The notes beneath the pieces were generated by a model. The model ran no database searches. It worked only from the letters and a program-made list of their open reading frames with translations, and was not told the DNA's origin. From the human T2T-CHM13v2.0 reference genome, Homo sapiens, in assembly GCF_009914755.1 (NCBI RefSeq), contig NC_060937.1: a stretch of 64,000 nt of DNA, one strand, 5' to 3'. Shown here piece by piece: positions 15,932-30,342 of this stretch. The translations under genes and the position numbers were made by a program. Each line of letters opens with the position of its first letter. Within the stretch, counting starts at the first letter, position 1.

Positions 15932-16823
15932 TGAAGCAGGATGTTTCTCTGACTCATTCACGGGATTCGTGACAGGTGTGCCTCCTTTACCAAGCCCATT
16001 GCTCTCAACTCCTCACAGGAGGGAGCACACAAGCAAACAAGACGGGAACTGGAGTACAGGGGCGCTGGAACCAGCCAGCGAACTCCCTGCAGGCCCCGCG
16101 GCACTTTCGGGGGCGGGGGATGGTGCCTGCGATCCCCAAAACCCCAAAGGGCGTTTTTTACAGTGCTCTTTTAGCTCTGCTGACCGCGGATGGCTTAAGT
16201 GTTAACAGCTCAGTGGGCCCTTTGCCTTTTCTCATGAGTCGGCTGCCCTGTGCCAGCAAGGGCAAAGGGCCAGTGTAACAGCCTTTTGTATCTGCACTCG
16301 TGGCTCCTGAGCTCCTGTTCGGCACACAGGAAAAATGAGGTCGCACCAACAAACTGAAGGATGGTAAATGTTGAGGATTTTATTGCCAATGAAAGCGGCT
16401 GTCACTGGGAGCTGAAAAGGTGATGGAAAGCTGAAAAGCGGATAAGGTGGGTAGGTACCTGAAGTCTGGCCATCTACGGCAGCTGGATTCTTCTCCAAAG
16501 TTATACTGTCAAGCTGTCCCTCTGAAGCCAAGCCACTTCTCTTTGACATCCAGCCGTAGTCTCTGCTCCTCTCCAACTGAGTATGAGGTATTTATAGGCA
16601 CAGGTTGGGGAGTGGGGGCGGTGGGGGGGGTGTTGGGGTGCAGGCGGTGGATGGTGGGGGGGCGGGCATGGGTGATTTAGGGAAAGGCAACACTCAAGTG
16701 GGAAAACAGGGATACAAATTCTCGCTTTGGGCTGCAGTTTCAGGCTTTTCAGCTTGAGGGTGGGGTTTTCACCAGGGACCTGCCGTTTTCTGCCTGGAAT
16801 TTATCTATCTCCTGTCCCTATCA
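15932..16823 (-). mobile_element. Solo ERV1 LTR of the LTR1/LTR27/LTR28 group
   Basis: Minus strand starts TGATAGGGACAGGAG...CCCCACCCTCAAGC and ends CCTGCTTCA. TATAAA at 16596-16591 and AATAAA at 16384-16379. The TSD is not clean. Confidence 0.75.
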
Positions 16824-17817
16824 CTACTTGTTCTTCTGGAAAGGCCCTTGGCCAGATGAAGACACGGCATTATGCTGAGAAAACCTTAAATGGAAGATGC
16901 TGATTTGGAATTGGACTGAGTTGTATTTGTCCTGAGCTTAAGGCAAACGTTTTAAAGCTGTGAGATATTCCACACTCAGCTGAATCTGAACTCCTCTTAC
17001 CTTTTTCTCCTTAAATCCTCTTAAAGCTTTCTAACATTTTATATATTTTACCCACTGAGAGTATCTTCCAAAGATAACCTGAATTTTCTTATGAATGATT
17101 TTAGAGTGTCTTTTGATGATTAGAGTTCAGATCCTTTAACATGGTCTTTGCATTAAAGGTATGTAAGTTCAACATTTCTCTTACCTGTAAACAATATAGC
17201 TGTCAAGGTGCCAAGAATTCCTTTGTCCATCACCACAATTGAACTAAAGGCCAGATATACAAGTATACTCTCTTCATCTTTTCCATTAAAAATTCTACAA
17301 TACATTACAGAATATAAAGGTTGTTATGGAGAGAGGAAGAAACTGAAATGGGAAGGAATTTTTTAATATTACACATGTGGAGAAGGGGTTTATTTTCTCT
17401 ATATACATTTTTGTAAAATGTACTCATCGAAATGGACTTGGGACATCATAGCTCCTATTTCCATGATAGTGATAGTCATCATGAGGTCTGTAGTTTTCTA
17501 AGATTTTGGTAGCTATACTGATTAGTCCTCACAGAAAGCCTTAGAAAATTATAACCCGTAAGGTGACAATGCTAACACCAGCAAAAATTCATACTGATTC
17601 TGTTTAAGACTGTGACAGAAAGACCGTGACTGGTCTGGCTGGGTTGGATTTAATTTGGGTGAGCAGAGTGAGCACCGTCTCCTAGCTGGAAGTAGAGCTG
17701 AGGTGAAACAGAGAAAGTGAACAAATAAATCTTTAAGAGGGGTCTGAGGAGGGAGTGAGACCAACAAAAATCAGGGACACAGAGAAACGGCATCATTGGT
17801 TGCCAGCACGAGGGTGA

Positions 17818-17870
17818 GGATCTGAGATGGATATCAGTAACTGGATCTGAGACGGGTATCAGTAACTGGA
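17818..17870. repeat. 25-bp tandem duplication
   Basis: GGATCTGAGATGGATATCAGTAACT then GGATCTGAGACGGGTATCAGTAACT (2 mismatches), then GGA. Confidence 0.9.
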
Positions 17871-19161
17871 ATATGAATCCACAAATGAAAGACTGGACAA
17901 ATGAAAAGCAGACCCAATAGTTGGAATGGGCAAGGAGGAGGATGCTAAGGTTGAATTCTAGATTTAGGCTCTTTCCCAATGCTTATTCATTTGCTCTCTT
18001 TGGCTGTCTGACTCCATTTTAAAAGGTCAGGAGAGGTGTTTACAATAATGTGCCGAGATCTTATATGATGAGAGGACTGGACACTAGCAGAACAATTCTG
18101 AGAAGAAAACAGTTTTGGGAGTCTGAGTCACAGAAAGATCTGATGGATAACATAGTCTTACCAAGCATAAATTTAAATCCCAAGTGGAACAAAATGGCTC
18201 TCAAAAAGGCTGTAAAAATTATATAGGTGTCAGAGAACAATGTTTGTAACAAGTAGAGTACAGGAAAGTAGCTAAAGCTGAAAATAATAATAATTAAAGG
18301 AAATCCCAATGGTCAAGATGAGGCCCAGCTTCAATGAAATTTGAGAAATAACAAGACTAGAAATTGGGGCATATATGTCAAAGGTGAATTCTTTCTTTCT
18401 CTTTTATATTCTAAATTATGCGAAGGATAATAGGTTTATACTTGTGGTAAGAGACGAAAATAGAGCCCTGCACATGTGGTAGCACTTAATGGCAAGATCA
18501 AAACAATAGCAATGAGGATAGGATTTTCAAATATTAGAGGGTCTCCCTTCTGTACTTGTGTAGAATACTTTAAATTTCAAAACAAGGAATTTACATGATA
18601 TGAGAATATGAATTTATTCAATAACGTTAAAAGCATAGATACTCTAATATTTTCAAATTGCATTACAGACAATATGTTATTTGCTCTGTTCCTGCAGCCC
18701 GCTCCGCCAGCACACCTATCCATCCCTACAAAACTCCTTTGTAGCTCTGTATGCAAATTATAGCATTTCACCACCACCACTAACTTAGGACTCAAGAATA
18801 TCCTGCTCCTCTCAATACAAGAGTGTATAGTATGATTGGATCCAGGCCAATCAGAATCCTTCTCTAGATTTTCCATACTAACTCTGTAATGGAACCTATC
18901 CTGTAAGCCACCCCTCTGATACCTGTAGGGAGAGTAGAAAGTATATCGATGTTTATCTAGGATGATGCAGACCTAGCACAGCCTACAGCCATGTTCTAAA
19001 CTTATGGTATAAAGCTGTGTGGAGAAGATACTATTGCCAATGCCCAGTGAAGAAGGGACAGAAATGGAGAGGGGCTAGATAGAAGCTAGCGTACTTTTAA
19101 GTCCCTAAATCCTGGTGTTTCTTATACAAACACCACTTCTATACTTTAGAGTTGATGAAAC

Positions 19162-19450
19162 AGGTGTGGTGGCTCATGCCTGTAATCCCAGCACTTCGAA
19201 AGGCCAAGGCAGGCAGATCACCTCAAGTCAGGGGTTTGAGACCAGCCTGGCCAACGTGGCAAAACCCTGTCTCTACTAAAAATACCAAAATTAGCCAGGC
19301 GTTGGGGTGCAGGCCCATAGTCCCAGCTACTCAGGAGGCTGAGGCAGAGAAATCGCTTGAACCCAGCAGGTGGAGGTTGCAGGGAGCTGAGATCGTACCA
19401 CTATATTCCAGCCTGGGCAACAGTGAGACTCTGTCTCAAAAGAAAAAAAG
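19162..19450 (+). mobile_element. Alu (AluS-type)
   Basis: Full dimer. TSD A(G/A)AGTT(G/A)ATGAAAC at 19148-19161 and 19451-19464. Confidence 0.95.
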
Positions 19451-22029
19451 AAAGTTAATGAAACTCAGTATTACTCCTCTCCTTTTTTTCTTTTACTAAA
19501 ACTAGTAAATCAAATTTAAATAAGATTATTACTTGTAAATAAAAAATATTGTAAAGAAATAGTACCATTTAGGCAAATGATTGCTTCTGAAGAGACTGCA
19601 TTTTGTGATTTATACCAGAGTAAATTATATGAGAGCCAAATAATCACAGTAAATACAGTACAATGTCTTTATGACACTGATGAGGTCCTATTGGTAAAAA
19701 CATTAATTTGGTGCCTTTTATAGGTGAGGTTGAGCATAAAATTAAGGAGGCAAACAAATAAATGAAAAACAAGCAATAGCCTTTCTTACATATAAAATTG
19801 ATTTGTTTACCTCTAAATAAAACATTCATTACCAAAGTTCTTACTCTATTAAACCTGTTAATTGTCTTCTCCTGTGCCTCCATGATTTGTACTTCAGAGA
19901 TAATGTGGAAGAAAGTTGAACTCTTAATTTATAATTCATCTCAAAATGGTAGTTTCCCATGGTTAAGGTATCTCGGCTTATTTACATTGCCAAAACTGGA
20001 TGTTCCTTTGTAGCAAGTTCTAAACAGCTATTTTGTGAAGTTTAGGGTCACTGGTAATTTTGTGGGATCACTTGTCAGAATTCTTTTAATGAAAATTTTT
20101 CTCAGTGTTTGCAAGCCAGACTGGTCTTTCAGAACTTTGAATCTTGTGTTGAAAATATTTTAATAAACATCTATGATATGTAACGTTTCCATCAAATAAT
20201 GAAATATTTTCATCTTGCATTTTATCCTCATATTATCAAAGAAATCATAAATTTAACAATTTTTTAAGAGAGTGTAAAAATGTCATCTACTTCCTCAGCA
20301 TCTGCTAAATTTCAAGCCTTCTTCAGAGTTTGTGGAGTTGACAATAGTAAGGGAAAACTGGATAATAGGAAGAATGGGGAGAAGAGACATATTTACCATT
20401 GATTTGTGATAGCACATCGTGGCATGCCCAGGCGCTAGCACAATGCTACATACATATAGCTACTGAGAGATTTTTACCGGGACGTGTGCCCATGTATCAG
20501 CTGCCACAGTTTCTTAACTGATTCTCTTTCTGTTCTTTATCATCTGCTTTCTCTGGACAACATTTCTAAGCAAGCCACTCTGAAGAAGTGGTATTTCTGC
20601 ACATAACATATACAGAAAAATTACACAATATTTGTATTTGTTCACTTTATTATTATGAAATGTAAAGTCATGTGAGTAGGGATTTCGCTTGGTTGGTTCA
20701 TCACTGTGGTTTTGGGAAGCTACAGTGGTAGTATTCTAGAAGGCTCCCAGAAAGCGATTAATGAATTAATGAGTAAATGAGTTAACAGATACAATCTGAA
20801 AGAAAAAAATGGATGCAAAAAACATTAAGACTGAAAATTTCATAATGCTGGGTAAGTTACTGAATAGAGTGGGTGAGATAAAGGAAGTTAAAGCTATTTC
20901 CAAAAATCATTAGATGGCTGGGAGAATGAGGTCATTAACTGAGGTAGAAAGCATATGTACAGGTGAGAGAAATGGCAGACAAGGTATTTATTTTGAGGGT
21001 CTGCCTGGCTGTCCTCATGGAGAAGTCTATTAGATAGGTAGAAAGGCAAGGCTGAAGTATAGGAGAGAAACAGGATCATAAAAGTAAATTGAAGCATTAT
21101 TATCCTGAAGTTCATTGTTTAAATTTTACATAGATTATTTCTTCTGTCTAGAGTGATTGTTCTTTCTATGCCTTGATAAATGTTCCATTTGTTCTTCACC
21201 ATCCAGATTGATGGTATTTTTATTTGGGCAGTTCAATTGACAGAAGGATATTTAATCATTTTTCCTTGATACAACCATCATATTTTTCCTTGAACACAGT
21301 ATTAAACTGATGGCACAGCATTAGAAACAATAAATATATATTTCTATCTGCTCTAATCCTCATCTCCATACACACTTAACCGAAACTGAGGGTAAGAAAC
21401 ACATTTATTATCAAATAGTAGTAATAACACTTTAATAATAATAATGAATACACTTTTACAGCTGAATGAGTGAAATTATTAAGTGAAATTGAGGTACTAG
21501 CAGTTGAAGAGAAGCTAAGAATAAAAACTAGGAGAAACCCATATTAAAATGGATAAAGAAATGGAACTTATGATTGATGAAAAGAGAATGGTAAAGAAGA
21601 CTGAGAGGGAGAAGAGGGATAGGAAATGAAGCAAGAAATTTACTTGCTACTTATTATGGAAGGAAAATTCAAGAACAAGGTACCTATAATGTTAAAACAT
21701 GCAAAGAGTTCAAGAAGTACATTGCCAGAGATACGGCCCATAGGTGCTTAGTGACTCAGGACACTGATAACCTATTAGATGACCTTTTGGTCAAAATAGG
21801 AAATAGAATCAAGACCGAAGGTAGAATGGGAAATAAGCAGTAATAAGCATAAGGTGCCCCCGGTCCTTCCAAAAAGTTTAATGGCATGATGAAAAGAGGT
21901 GTAATAATAATCTAACCAGCTGTGGTTTCCTTAGGAATGTTACACTTTTATCTTATTTTCAATATTAACTAATATTAATATTAAGATAATTGACATATGT
22001 ACTTTAAAAGAAGATATCCAATGTAACAC

Positions 22030-22275
22030 AGTGAGATAGAAGGGATAAGTTCTAGTGTTTAATAACATGGTGGGTGACTATAATTAACAAGAATTTAACA
22101 TCTATTTCAAAATAGCCAGAAGAGAACATTTGAAATGTTCCCAACACAAAGAAATGATAAATGTTTGAGGTCATATAAAATACCCTGATTTGATTAATAC
22201 ACATTGTATGCATGTATCAAAATATAACTATATACCCCGTAAGTCTGTATGAGTATTATGATTCAATTTTAAAAG
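22030..22275 (+). mobile_element. L1MA 3' end
   Basis: GGGTGACTATAATTAAC...AAATAGCCAGAAGAGAA...CCCAACACAAAGAAATGATAAATGTTTGAGGT. Confidence 0.8.
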
Positions 22276-23895
22276 TTATGAAAATGTTAGGCATGATTAT
22301 TATGGAAATTAAAACAATACTATATATTTCTAAAAATTCATGTATACATAAGGACTATTCCAAGCACATTAGAGCATGAATCCATGAGGTGAAAGGGAAA
22401 CCGAAATAAGTAAGGACAAGGCAAAGAAAAACTAATGAAAGAAAATATAAAACAAAAACAAGACAGCGGCTCCACATGGGCCAGTAATACAAGTTTATCA
22501 TGCACAGGGGTCAATATAAGTAACTCAGCCCAATGGATCTGGTGCACATATGGGGAAAACCAGAGATGTAAGTAAGTAAAAGTCTCAACACTCATGGTTG
22601 CCAGGACCCTGGAGCTATTGCGGTTCTCTCTTCAATTGCTTTCGACCTCTTTCGGATTTTCTAACATACAATACACCAACCTTCACTAGAAAGAAAGAAA
22701 GAAAAAAGAAAGAAATCCAATGTGAAAAAAAGAGATCAGAACTTCAAGAGAAAGATGCATTTAGTGGAACAAAACCCCAGAGGATATAGGGGAGGAGAGG
22801 AATATAAACAAAAGGAGGAGGAAAGAGAGATTTGAATGAATTTAGAAGAGAGAATGAAAAAGAAGAAAGAGTCAAAGTAAAGAGACCTTTTAATCTGCTG
22901 GAATTAAAAATTGGCATTGTATGAAATTATAATTTTTAAATCAATGCTATTAGACAGATACAATGGCAATAATTTTCTGTGTGAAAAAGATTTCCAGTTA
23001 GATGTGAACAGAAACACACGAATAATAATAATCTTCCTATGATATAATGGAAATAAAGTCAAAGTTTTAATGACATTTACAAAATCTTTCAGAAGCCCAG
23101 AGTACCCCTTTGAGCTTTTGATTATCTTAGTATTTTAATATTATAATTACAGCATGTCAGTACTCTATTTAAAATGTAATTATCAAAGCTCAGAGGAAAC
23201 TGATTCTTATGCATCCATAATTTTATACAATATAATTTTAGAGCTTGAGCTATTTTTATGTTATCATTTTAATCATAGAAATAGTAGTTAGGTTGAAAGT
23301 CTAGGGACTTGTATATTTCTTTTTCAATGGGTTTTTAAAGATAATCTTTACTTTTAAAGTGGCCTTGTCACGGAGTATACATTTATCTACAATAAATCAA
23401 ATTGCTTCTGTTCAAATGGTTCATACAGTTTTCACAAACATATCTTAACAACAAAACTATATCCTACAAAAATATGTTTTATCAAATTCTTTCAGAGAAG
23501 CCATTTTTTTTCTACAAGAATTAGGAGGATATTTTAGAATGTATTGACAGGGATGCTTTATTGATTTCATTCCAGTATCTGCTTAACAGTCATCTCAACA
23601 AGACCTTCTCTGGCTGTCCTATTAAAAATAGCCTCTCAAGAAAACATAAGCTCCTTGACAGCTAGGGTTTTGCCTTTTTCGCCAAAGTATACCTGGGACC
23701 TGAAAAGAGGTTCTTGCATGCAGAATAAACAACTCTTATAGAATATATGATGTATACTTATGATTATTTTGGTGGGTTGGAAGTGAAATTTAGAAATTTA
23801 AAAAATTTCCTAGGTGTTTGACATGATCAGTCAGAATGAGAAAGCGCTCAACCAAAGCAATATCTAATTCCTTTTTAAAATAAAGAATTGTGTAG

Positions 23896-23970
23896 CCCCT
23901 CCCTCTGTTCCTCCCTTCCTCCCTCCCTTCCTCTCTTCCTTCCTTCCTTCCCTCCTTCCTTCCTTCCTCC
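23896..23970. repeat. (CCTT/CCCT)n polypyrimidine repeat
   Basis: Read directly from the sequence. Confidence 0.85.
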
Positions 23971-24169
23971 TATACATGTTATTAAGAATGCTAAATACTA
24001 GACATCGTGGATACCAAAACCAAATAACAAATCGTCTCTGCCCTTAAAATGCATACAGTTAAGCAGTGCACATTTTCACCCTTTGAGAATAGATATGCTT
24101 TTTTCAGAGAGTTAAAGATGAACAAATAACATGATGAAACTGGTGAATACAGTGTGTGTTTATGTGTAT

Positions 24170-24193
24170 TGTGTGTGTGTGTGTGTGTGTGTG
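24170..24193. repeat. (TG)n microsatellite
   Basis: Read directly from the sequence. Confidence 0.9.
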
Positions 24194-26484
24194 TTTTACA
24201 AAATGAAGCGTGAGTGAAGCAATGAAGCTAATGTTCTCATGAGGTTTAAGACAGATTCAGGGGCATTCCAAAGGAGACATGGGGAACATGTTATGAGAAA
24301 TAATATATTTTTTGGAATACATGTAAAAAAAAAATTCCCAAATGCTGTGAGCCAGTCTCCCATCTAAGTACCAATCCCCTGTACAAACAAACTCTGCATT
24401 CATCAGAAACATATACAGTAGTTTGGTTCCTTGGCCAACTAAGCCTAATTAATTAATTAACTTCTTGAAATAGGTAGGATTCCAGAACTTAGCAACTATG
24501 TCTAACAATATTTCCCAGTACACTACATGCAAGAAATAAATAAGATGGCAGGAACCTGAGTACACATTTCCTAACAACTCTGGCCCAGGGAAGAGTTATC
24601 TTCTCTTTGTATCTTCCTTGCTGAACAGTTCTCATCACAGGTCTCAGCACAGCCTAAGTAAGTCAAAGCAGGGTTCACAGCAAGGCAGTGATTGACACAC
24701 AATAAGGCAGAGCAGAGGGAAGGGATCCTTCCTTTGTGCCCTTTGCCACCATTCTTTCTTTGAAGGCATCCCTCTTCTGCACCAAGATAATCCATTCTAA
24801 ATCAAGATGAGAAGGGGGATCTAGGGCTAGAGTGAAGACTGGAGTTGCTCTGTGCTGGTAAAAGGGAATAAAATGGTGATGGGAGAAAAGGTAGGTTATC
24901 CACACTGACAGCAAGTAGAATCTGCCATTTTGAGTAAATACACACAGGATTCAAGAGCTACTCATATTTCATGGGACAAAATTCAACAGGATGTGTAAGT
25001 TCAAGTGTGCATACTAACAGCCAGCTTCACATTATAACACCTCATTGTAGCATTGGGAGTGATAAATCTATTTTCCATTAAAAATAAAACATATGAAGAA
25101 AACCTATTTTTTAGGTCACACTAAAGGAGAAACATTCAATTAAAGAAAGGAGTTCTCTCTTATTTTGTCTAAGGGTTGCTGTACAGCTTTAAGTCACATT
25201 TCCCTACCACACACCAAAGTGGAATAACAGAAATTTCCAGGAGCATTTGGTTTTCAAAAATTGTCAACGTAAGAGTCAGAAATAGGTATTGATGTCAAAG
25301 GGTAAAACAACCCCTAAATTTACCTCATCTTTATGCTCCCCTAGTGGGTTCCTTATCTTAGTATTTGTCCTATTGAAATTGAAATGATACTGAATTTAAC
25401 TGAGTCTATTGGGCCATCCACAAGACTAAGATTCTTGAGGGCTGAACCAGTAGTGTACTGATAAGACAGCTCTGGAGTGTGGGAGTTCTGATTTGTGCCA
25501 TTCCCCATTTCATTGCTATTAGAGTTTCTGCCATTGCCTGATTTCAAGTTTTCAAAGATTTATCAATAATATAATTTCTGAATATGTAACTATTGGCTCC
25601 AGTACATGACAGGCTGAGACAGAGTCTTTGCATCATCTCCTAACACACGGTTGGCAACACTGTTATGCAGTAAGCATTTGCTGAGTTCTAGTTGAGGAAG
25701 TTTTAAAATAATCCTCAGAGACTATTAGCTTTTCCAGTTCCTCAACTGTTTTACCTCAGGGCACGCCACCTTTTATGAAACCAATTTTACTTTCTCGAGC
25801 CAATAGCATCCCCTTTTATAGCCTGTGAAAGATGAGAAGATAGAGGTTTAAGGAGTGTCCGAGGTACTACATCACAAAGTCCATGGGTATTTCCAAAGGT
25901 AGTCAATTTCAAAGCCTGCTTTGAAGGTTAATGCAAGCTGACTTTACATCACTACAAGAGTAGCAGTTATTCATACAAATGGTTTATCTCGAGATTTCCC
26001 TTAACTAAAATTTTTATAGCTGAGTGCAAATCGGTAAGAAGAGTATGTTTGTTTCTGAAGAAAACAAAGCATATATTGAGAGATTTAAATAACCTGGGAT
26101 GTGTTTAATGTTATATTTGCTGCCATTTGTTTTACAGATTAAAACAGTCTCCAAAAGACTAAATTGAACAAGTTAGGCAGTTGCAGCAGAATGAAGATTA
26201 GAGCCCTTGTCTGACTAATTTCCAAGCCTTTGTTTCTGTGGCCAGGAGATAAAAAGAATAGCTGTGCCATAGAAGCTGGATAGGGGTCTAACGCAGACTT
26301 CGTCTCCCCTCTGCCTAGTTCCACTGAGTTTTCCAGGTTTCTGAATGGGTCAACGTGCAGAGTTTAAGATGTCAAAAGGAAAAGCCGAAGTGTTCATTAT
26401 GAGAATGGTCACTAAGTAACTACTAGAAAATTTCGCAGGCCTGGAAATCAGGAAGAGGGATGGCAGGGTCCAGGTGTTGTTTCA

Positions 26485-26739
<255 letters not shown>

Positions 26740-28472
26740 TTAGAGGATTTTTTTTTAGTGAGTTTTTCTAGATGTTTAAACGTTGAATGTAATTCTCTCC
26801 ACACTTGCCCCCTCTGCTGCTTATTTAAGACACTTCATGAAATATCTTCCCTAATTATTATTTAAAGTTTTGAAATGAGATGGATGTTTACTTTAAAATG
26901 CATCACCTCAAATGAGACTTGCCTAAATGCGGCCCTGCTTTATTTTGGGTGTTATTAATCATGGGGAAAATGAAGGAGAATTGCACATAATTAGTCCATG
27001 GAAGTAGAGAGAACGTCTACTTCCTGGTAAGTATTTGATGCCAGCTAGTTCTATGACTTTATAGTTTAAAAAAAAAACATGATTATAGATTGTTTCTTAG
27101 TCATTTCATTCTAAATACAAATAAAGTGTCTTCATGGGGCTTTGAAAGCATAGAACTTTGTCACGTGTACAAGAGTTATATATGTGACATATAATTTAAA
27201 AAATAAATACACACAACTTCTCCTTCTAACTTGAACAGTGGTCACATTCTTCAGTTTAGGAAGAAATTAAGTCACTCACCATGTGTCTATTCTGTCAATG
27301 GTATATTTCACTTTACCCTTTTTTCTGCCTGTTAGTCCTTGAGTTTATTAGATTATTTATTGACTAGAAATTCTGGCAGTCATATGAAAGAAGGAATCCA
27401 GCCAAGTTTCCTCAAATATTAAAATGAATAGCCTTGGATATGTCAGATGCTAAGTCTCATAGACATTGCCCTTTGAGAAACAAGTTCTTCTTTTTGATTT
27501 ATGTGCTCATGTACAATAATTTTTCAGGAAATTGATTAAAAATATTTTAAGTATTTCCAAAACATCGTCTGTCAGTTCACAGGCATTGGAAAATGTAAAT
27601 AGAGCTTTGGAGTCAAATAGCTCAAATATGTCAAACAGCAAATATAAATGAGTACAGTCAGCAGGTGTGTTGTGCCTCCAGCGCCCACATTCATCTTTAA
27701 AGTACCCAGGGCTAACTCTGCAGGCCTTACGTATTGAAAGTAACAAAGTGTCTCCTTGTAGATTTCTTTCCTTGCCATTACTGTCAGCATTTAGAGTTCT
27801 GCTATCTAAATTTCCATGCATTAAAGTCATTAAATACAAGGCAATGGCCCCAAGGAGAGCCTGCTTTTCTCTGGTTCTCTGGATCTACCTCTGTGCTTGT
27901 GTGTGGCTGGGGAGGGCCATGTTGTTTGTTGAGAGCGTTATCATTATGTCAGTGAAGGCATCTAGTCATCATTCCCAGTACCTGGCCCCTCAAATTAAGC
28001 TCTTCTCAGCAGCCTTCATGCCAAGGTTTCTTCACTGTCAGCTTTTAGTGGCAGCATAAAGTGAGAAATATGCTGGTGGATTTGATTACAAAAGTGTTAG
28101 TATGTCAGAGAGAAATCATTAGACATTTGGAAGCCTAATAATAAAACTGAACATGCAAAACTTTGAGCAGCAAAGCAAACCAAATTTTGGGGTTATTTTC
28201 AGAATTTTCTCTTAAATTTTCAGAATTTTATTCTTGGGACATCTGGACTCTATGATGAGAGAAGACAGAATAAAAATGTTAGGTGTGTAGATATGTGAAT
28301 TTCTCATTATTATAATAGGTTTGATGTTTGCCCACAAAACAAATGTCTATCAATAAAGCTCCCTTTAATTATTCTTAATTTGAAATAAAATATGCATGGT
28401 TTTGTCTTGGATAAGGTTTGTTTCTTTCCATGGCATCCCCTTTTATTTCAGGGTGTCTACCTCAATGTTCTT

Positions 28473-28843
28473 TTTTTTTATTATTATACTTTAAGGGTAC
28501 ATGTGCACAACGTGCAGGTTAGTTACATATGTATACATGTTACATATGTATACATGTGCCATGTTGGTGTGCTGCACCCAATAACTCGTCATTTAACATT
28601 AGGTATATCTCCAAATGCTATCCCTCCCCCCTCCCCTGACCTCACAACAGGCCCTGGTGTGTGATGTTCCCCTTCCTGTGTCCATGTGTTCTCATTGTTC
28701 AATTTCCACCTACGAGTGAGAACATGTGGTGTTTGGTTTTTTGTCCTTGTGATAGTTTGCTGAGAATGATGGTTTCCAGCTTCATCCATGTCCCTACAAA
28801 GGACATGAACTCATCATTTTTTATGGCTGCATAGTATTCCATG
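28473..28843 (-). mobile_element. Young L1PA (approximately PA2-PA5) 3' end, 5'-truncated
   Basis: TTATTATTATACTTTAAG...GTGAGAACATGTGGTG...ATGAACTCATCATTTTTTATGGCTGCATAGTATTCCATG. TSD GTTCTT at 28467-72 and 28844-49. Confidence 0.92.
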
Positions 28844-29269
28844 GTTCTTATAGAGGTGATATCAGCTTATATTTACAAGGCTTCTGAGTCAAGTCTTGTG
28901 TCCTTGCTCTTCTTTATTAAAACAATATAAATTGAGTGTTGGTTAATATGCATATAGTGTGGTGGATATTTTTTATCATATTGCTATATATGATTTAATG
29001 GCAAGTTAATATACCTGCATTATATCTCTTACACACTGCTGGAGGAACAACAGGATGTCAACAAATAATCTCATTGATAAATGGGAGATACAGAGTAGTC
29101 ATAGGTGAAACCCTGCTGGTAGTTAGAGATGAGATCATCACCACAACCACTGCTTCTAGCCAGTCATGAAGCTGATGCTAAGTCATGGTTAAGGAGAGCT
29201 GGATGTGTGCTGAGTGCTAATCCATCTTGCCTGTTACAAATGGTGGGGAGATTTACAAAACTGCGGCAC

Positions 29270-29580
29270 AGTGATAGACAGAGGCAGTAGGAAATGAAGT
29301 CAGAAAGATAAACAGGGGTAGTTAAGAGTTTACATTCATTTTATGTGTGATGAGAAGCCATTGGAAGAAGTATATTTTCTTATTTATATTTGAGAAGGCA
29401 TATTCTACTTTTGCCTGGACAATAGACTCCATGGGAGCAGGAGTAGAAACAAAGCGACAAGCTAACAAGCTAATTATAATATTCTAGGGTTTGGACCATA
29501 GGTGTCTGAGATGGGATGACAGCAGTGAAGATAAGACTTGGTTAGATTCGAAGTATATTTTGAAGCTGAAGTCAATACCG
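29270..29580 (-). mobile_element. L2 fragment
   Basis: Purine-rich GAGAAGCCATTGGAAG...AGATTCGAAGTATATTTTGAAG, typical of antisense L2. Confidence 0.5.
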
Positions 29581-30000
29581 TATCTTTCTTCACGCATTCT
29601 CTTCAGGATTTGGGTATACACCAGTACAATTAAACAATAATACTAATATCCCCAGCTCTTATCTACACCAATTCACAAAGTACTTCAAACTTTGAAATTT
29701 GTGGGGACCCCAGGAATGCCCTACAAATGCTCACAAATAAATCAGTTTCTACCAAGTGTTTCCATTGTTCTTTACTTCCCTTTCCTTCCCACTTCCCTTC
29801 TCTTACATAGGTGTTGATACCAAGAATGTTTATTATTCAACATTCTGTACACTAAAATTCATTTCAGAGTTCCCTTCCACAACCCCAAGATAACATGCAG
29901 TTAAACAAAAAGGAGTGAACAAGTCAGGCCTCATGGAATTCAGATGCCAACTGGCTCTAAGGAAAGGAGGATGGGGAGTAGAAGTGATCTAGTATAATTG

Positions 30001-30342
<342 letters not shown>

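Noticed and set aside
15593-16680. Cluster of 64-126 aa ORFs
   Set aside because: A by-product of the GC-rich solo LTR, which has few stop codons.
27507-28059. Overlapping 110-130 aa ORFs
   Set aside because: No recognisable domain or paired splice sites. Better explained as non-coding regulatory sequence.
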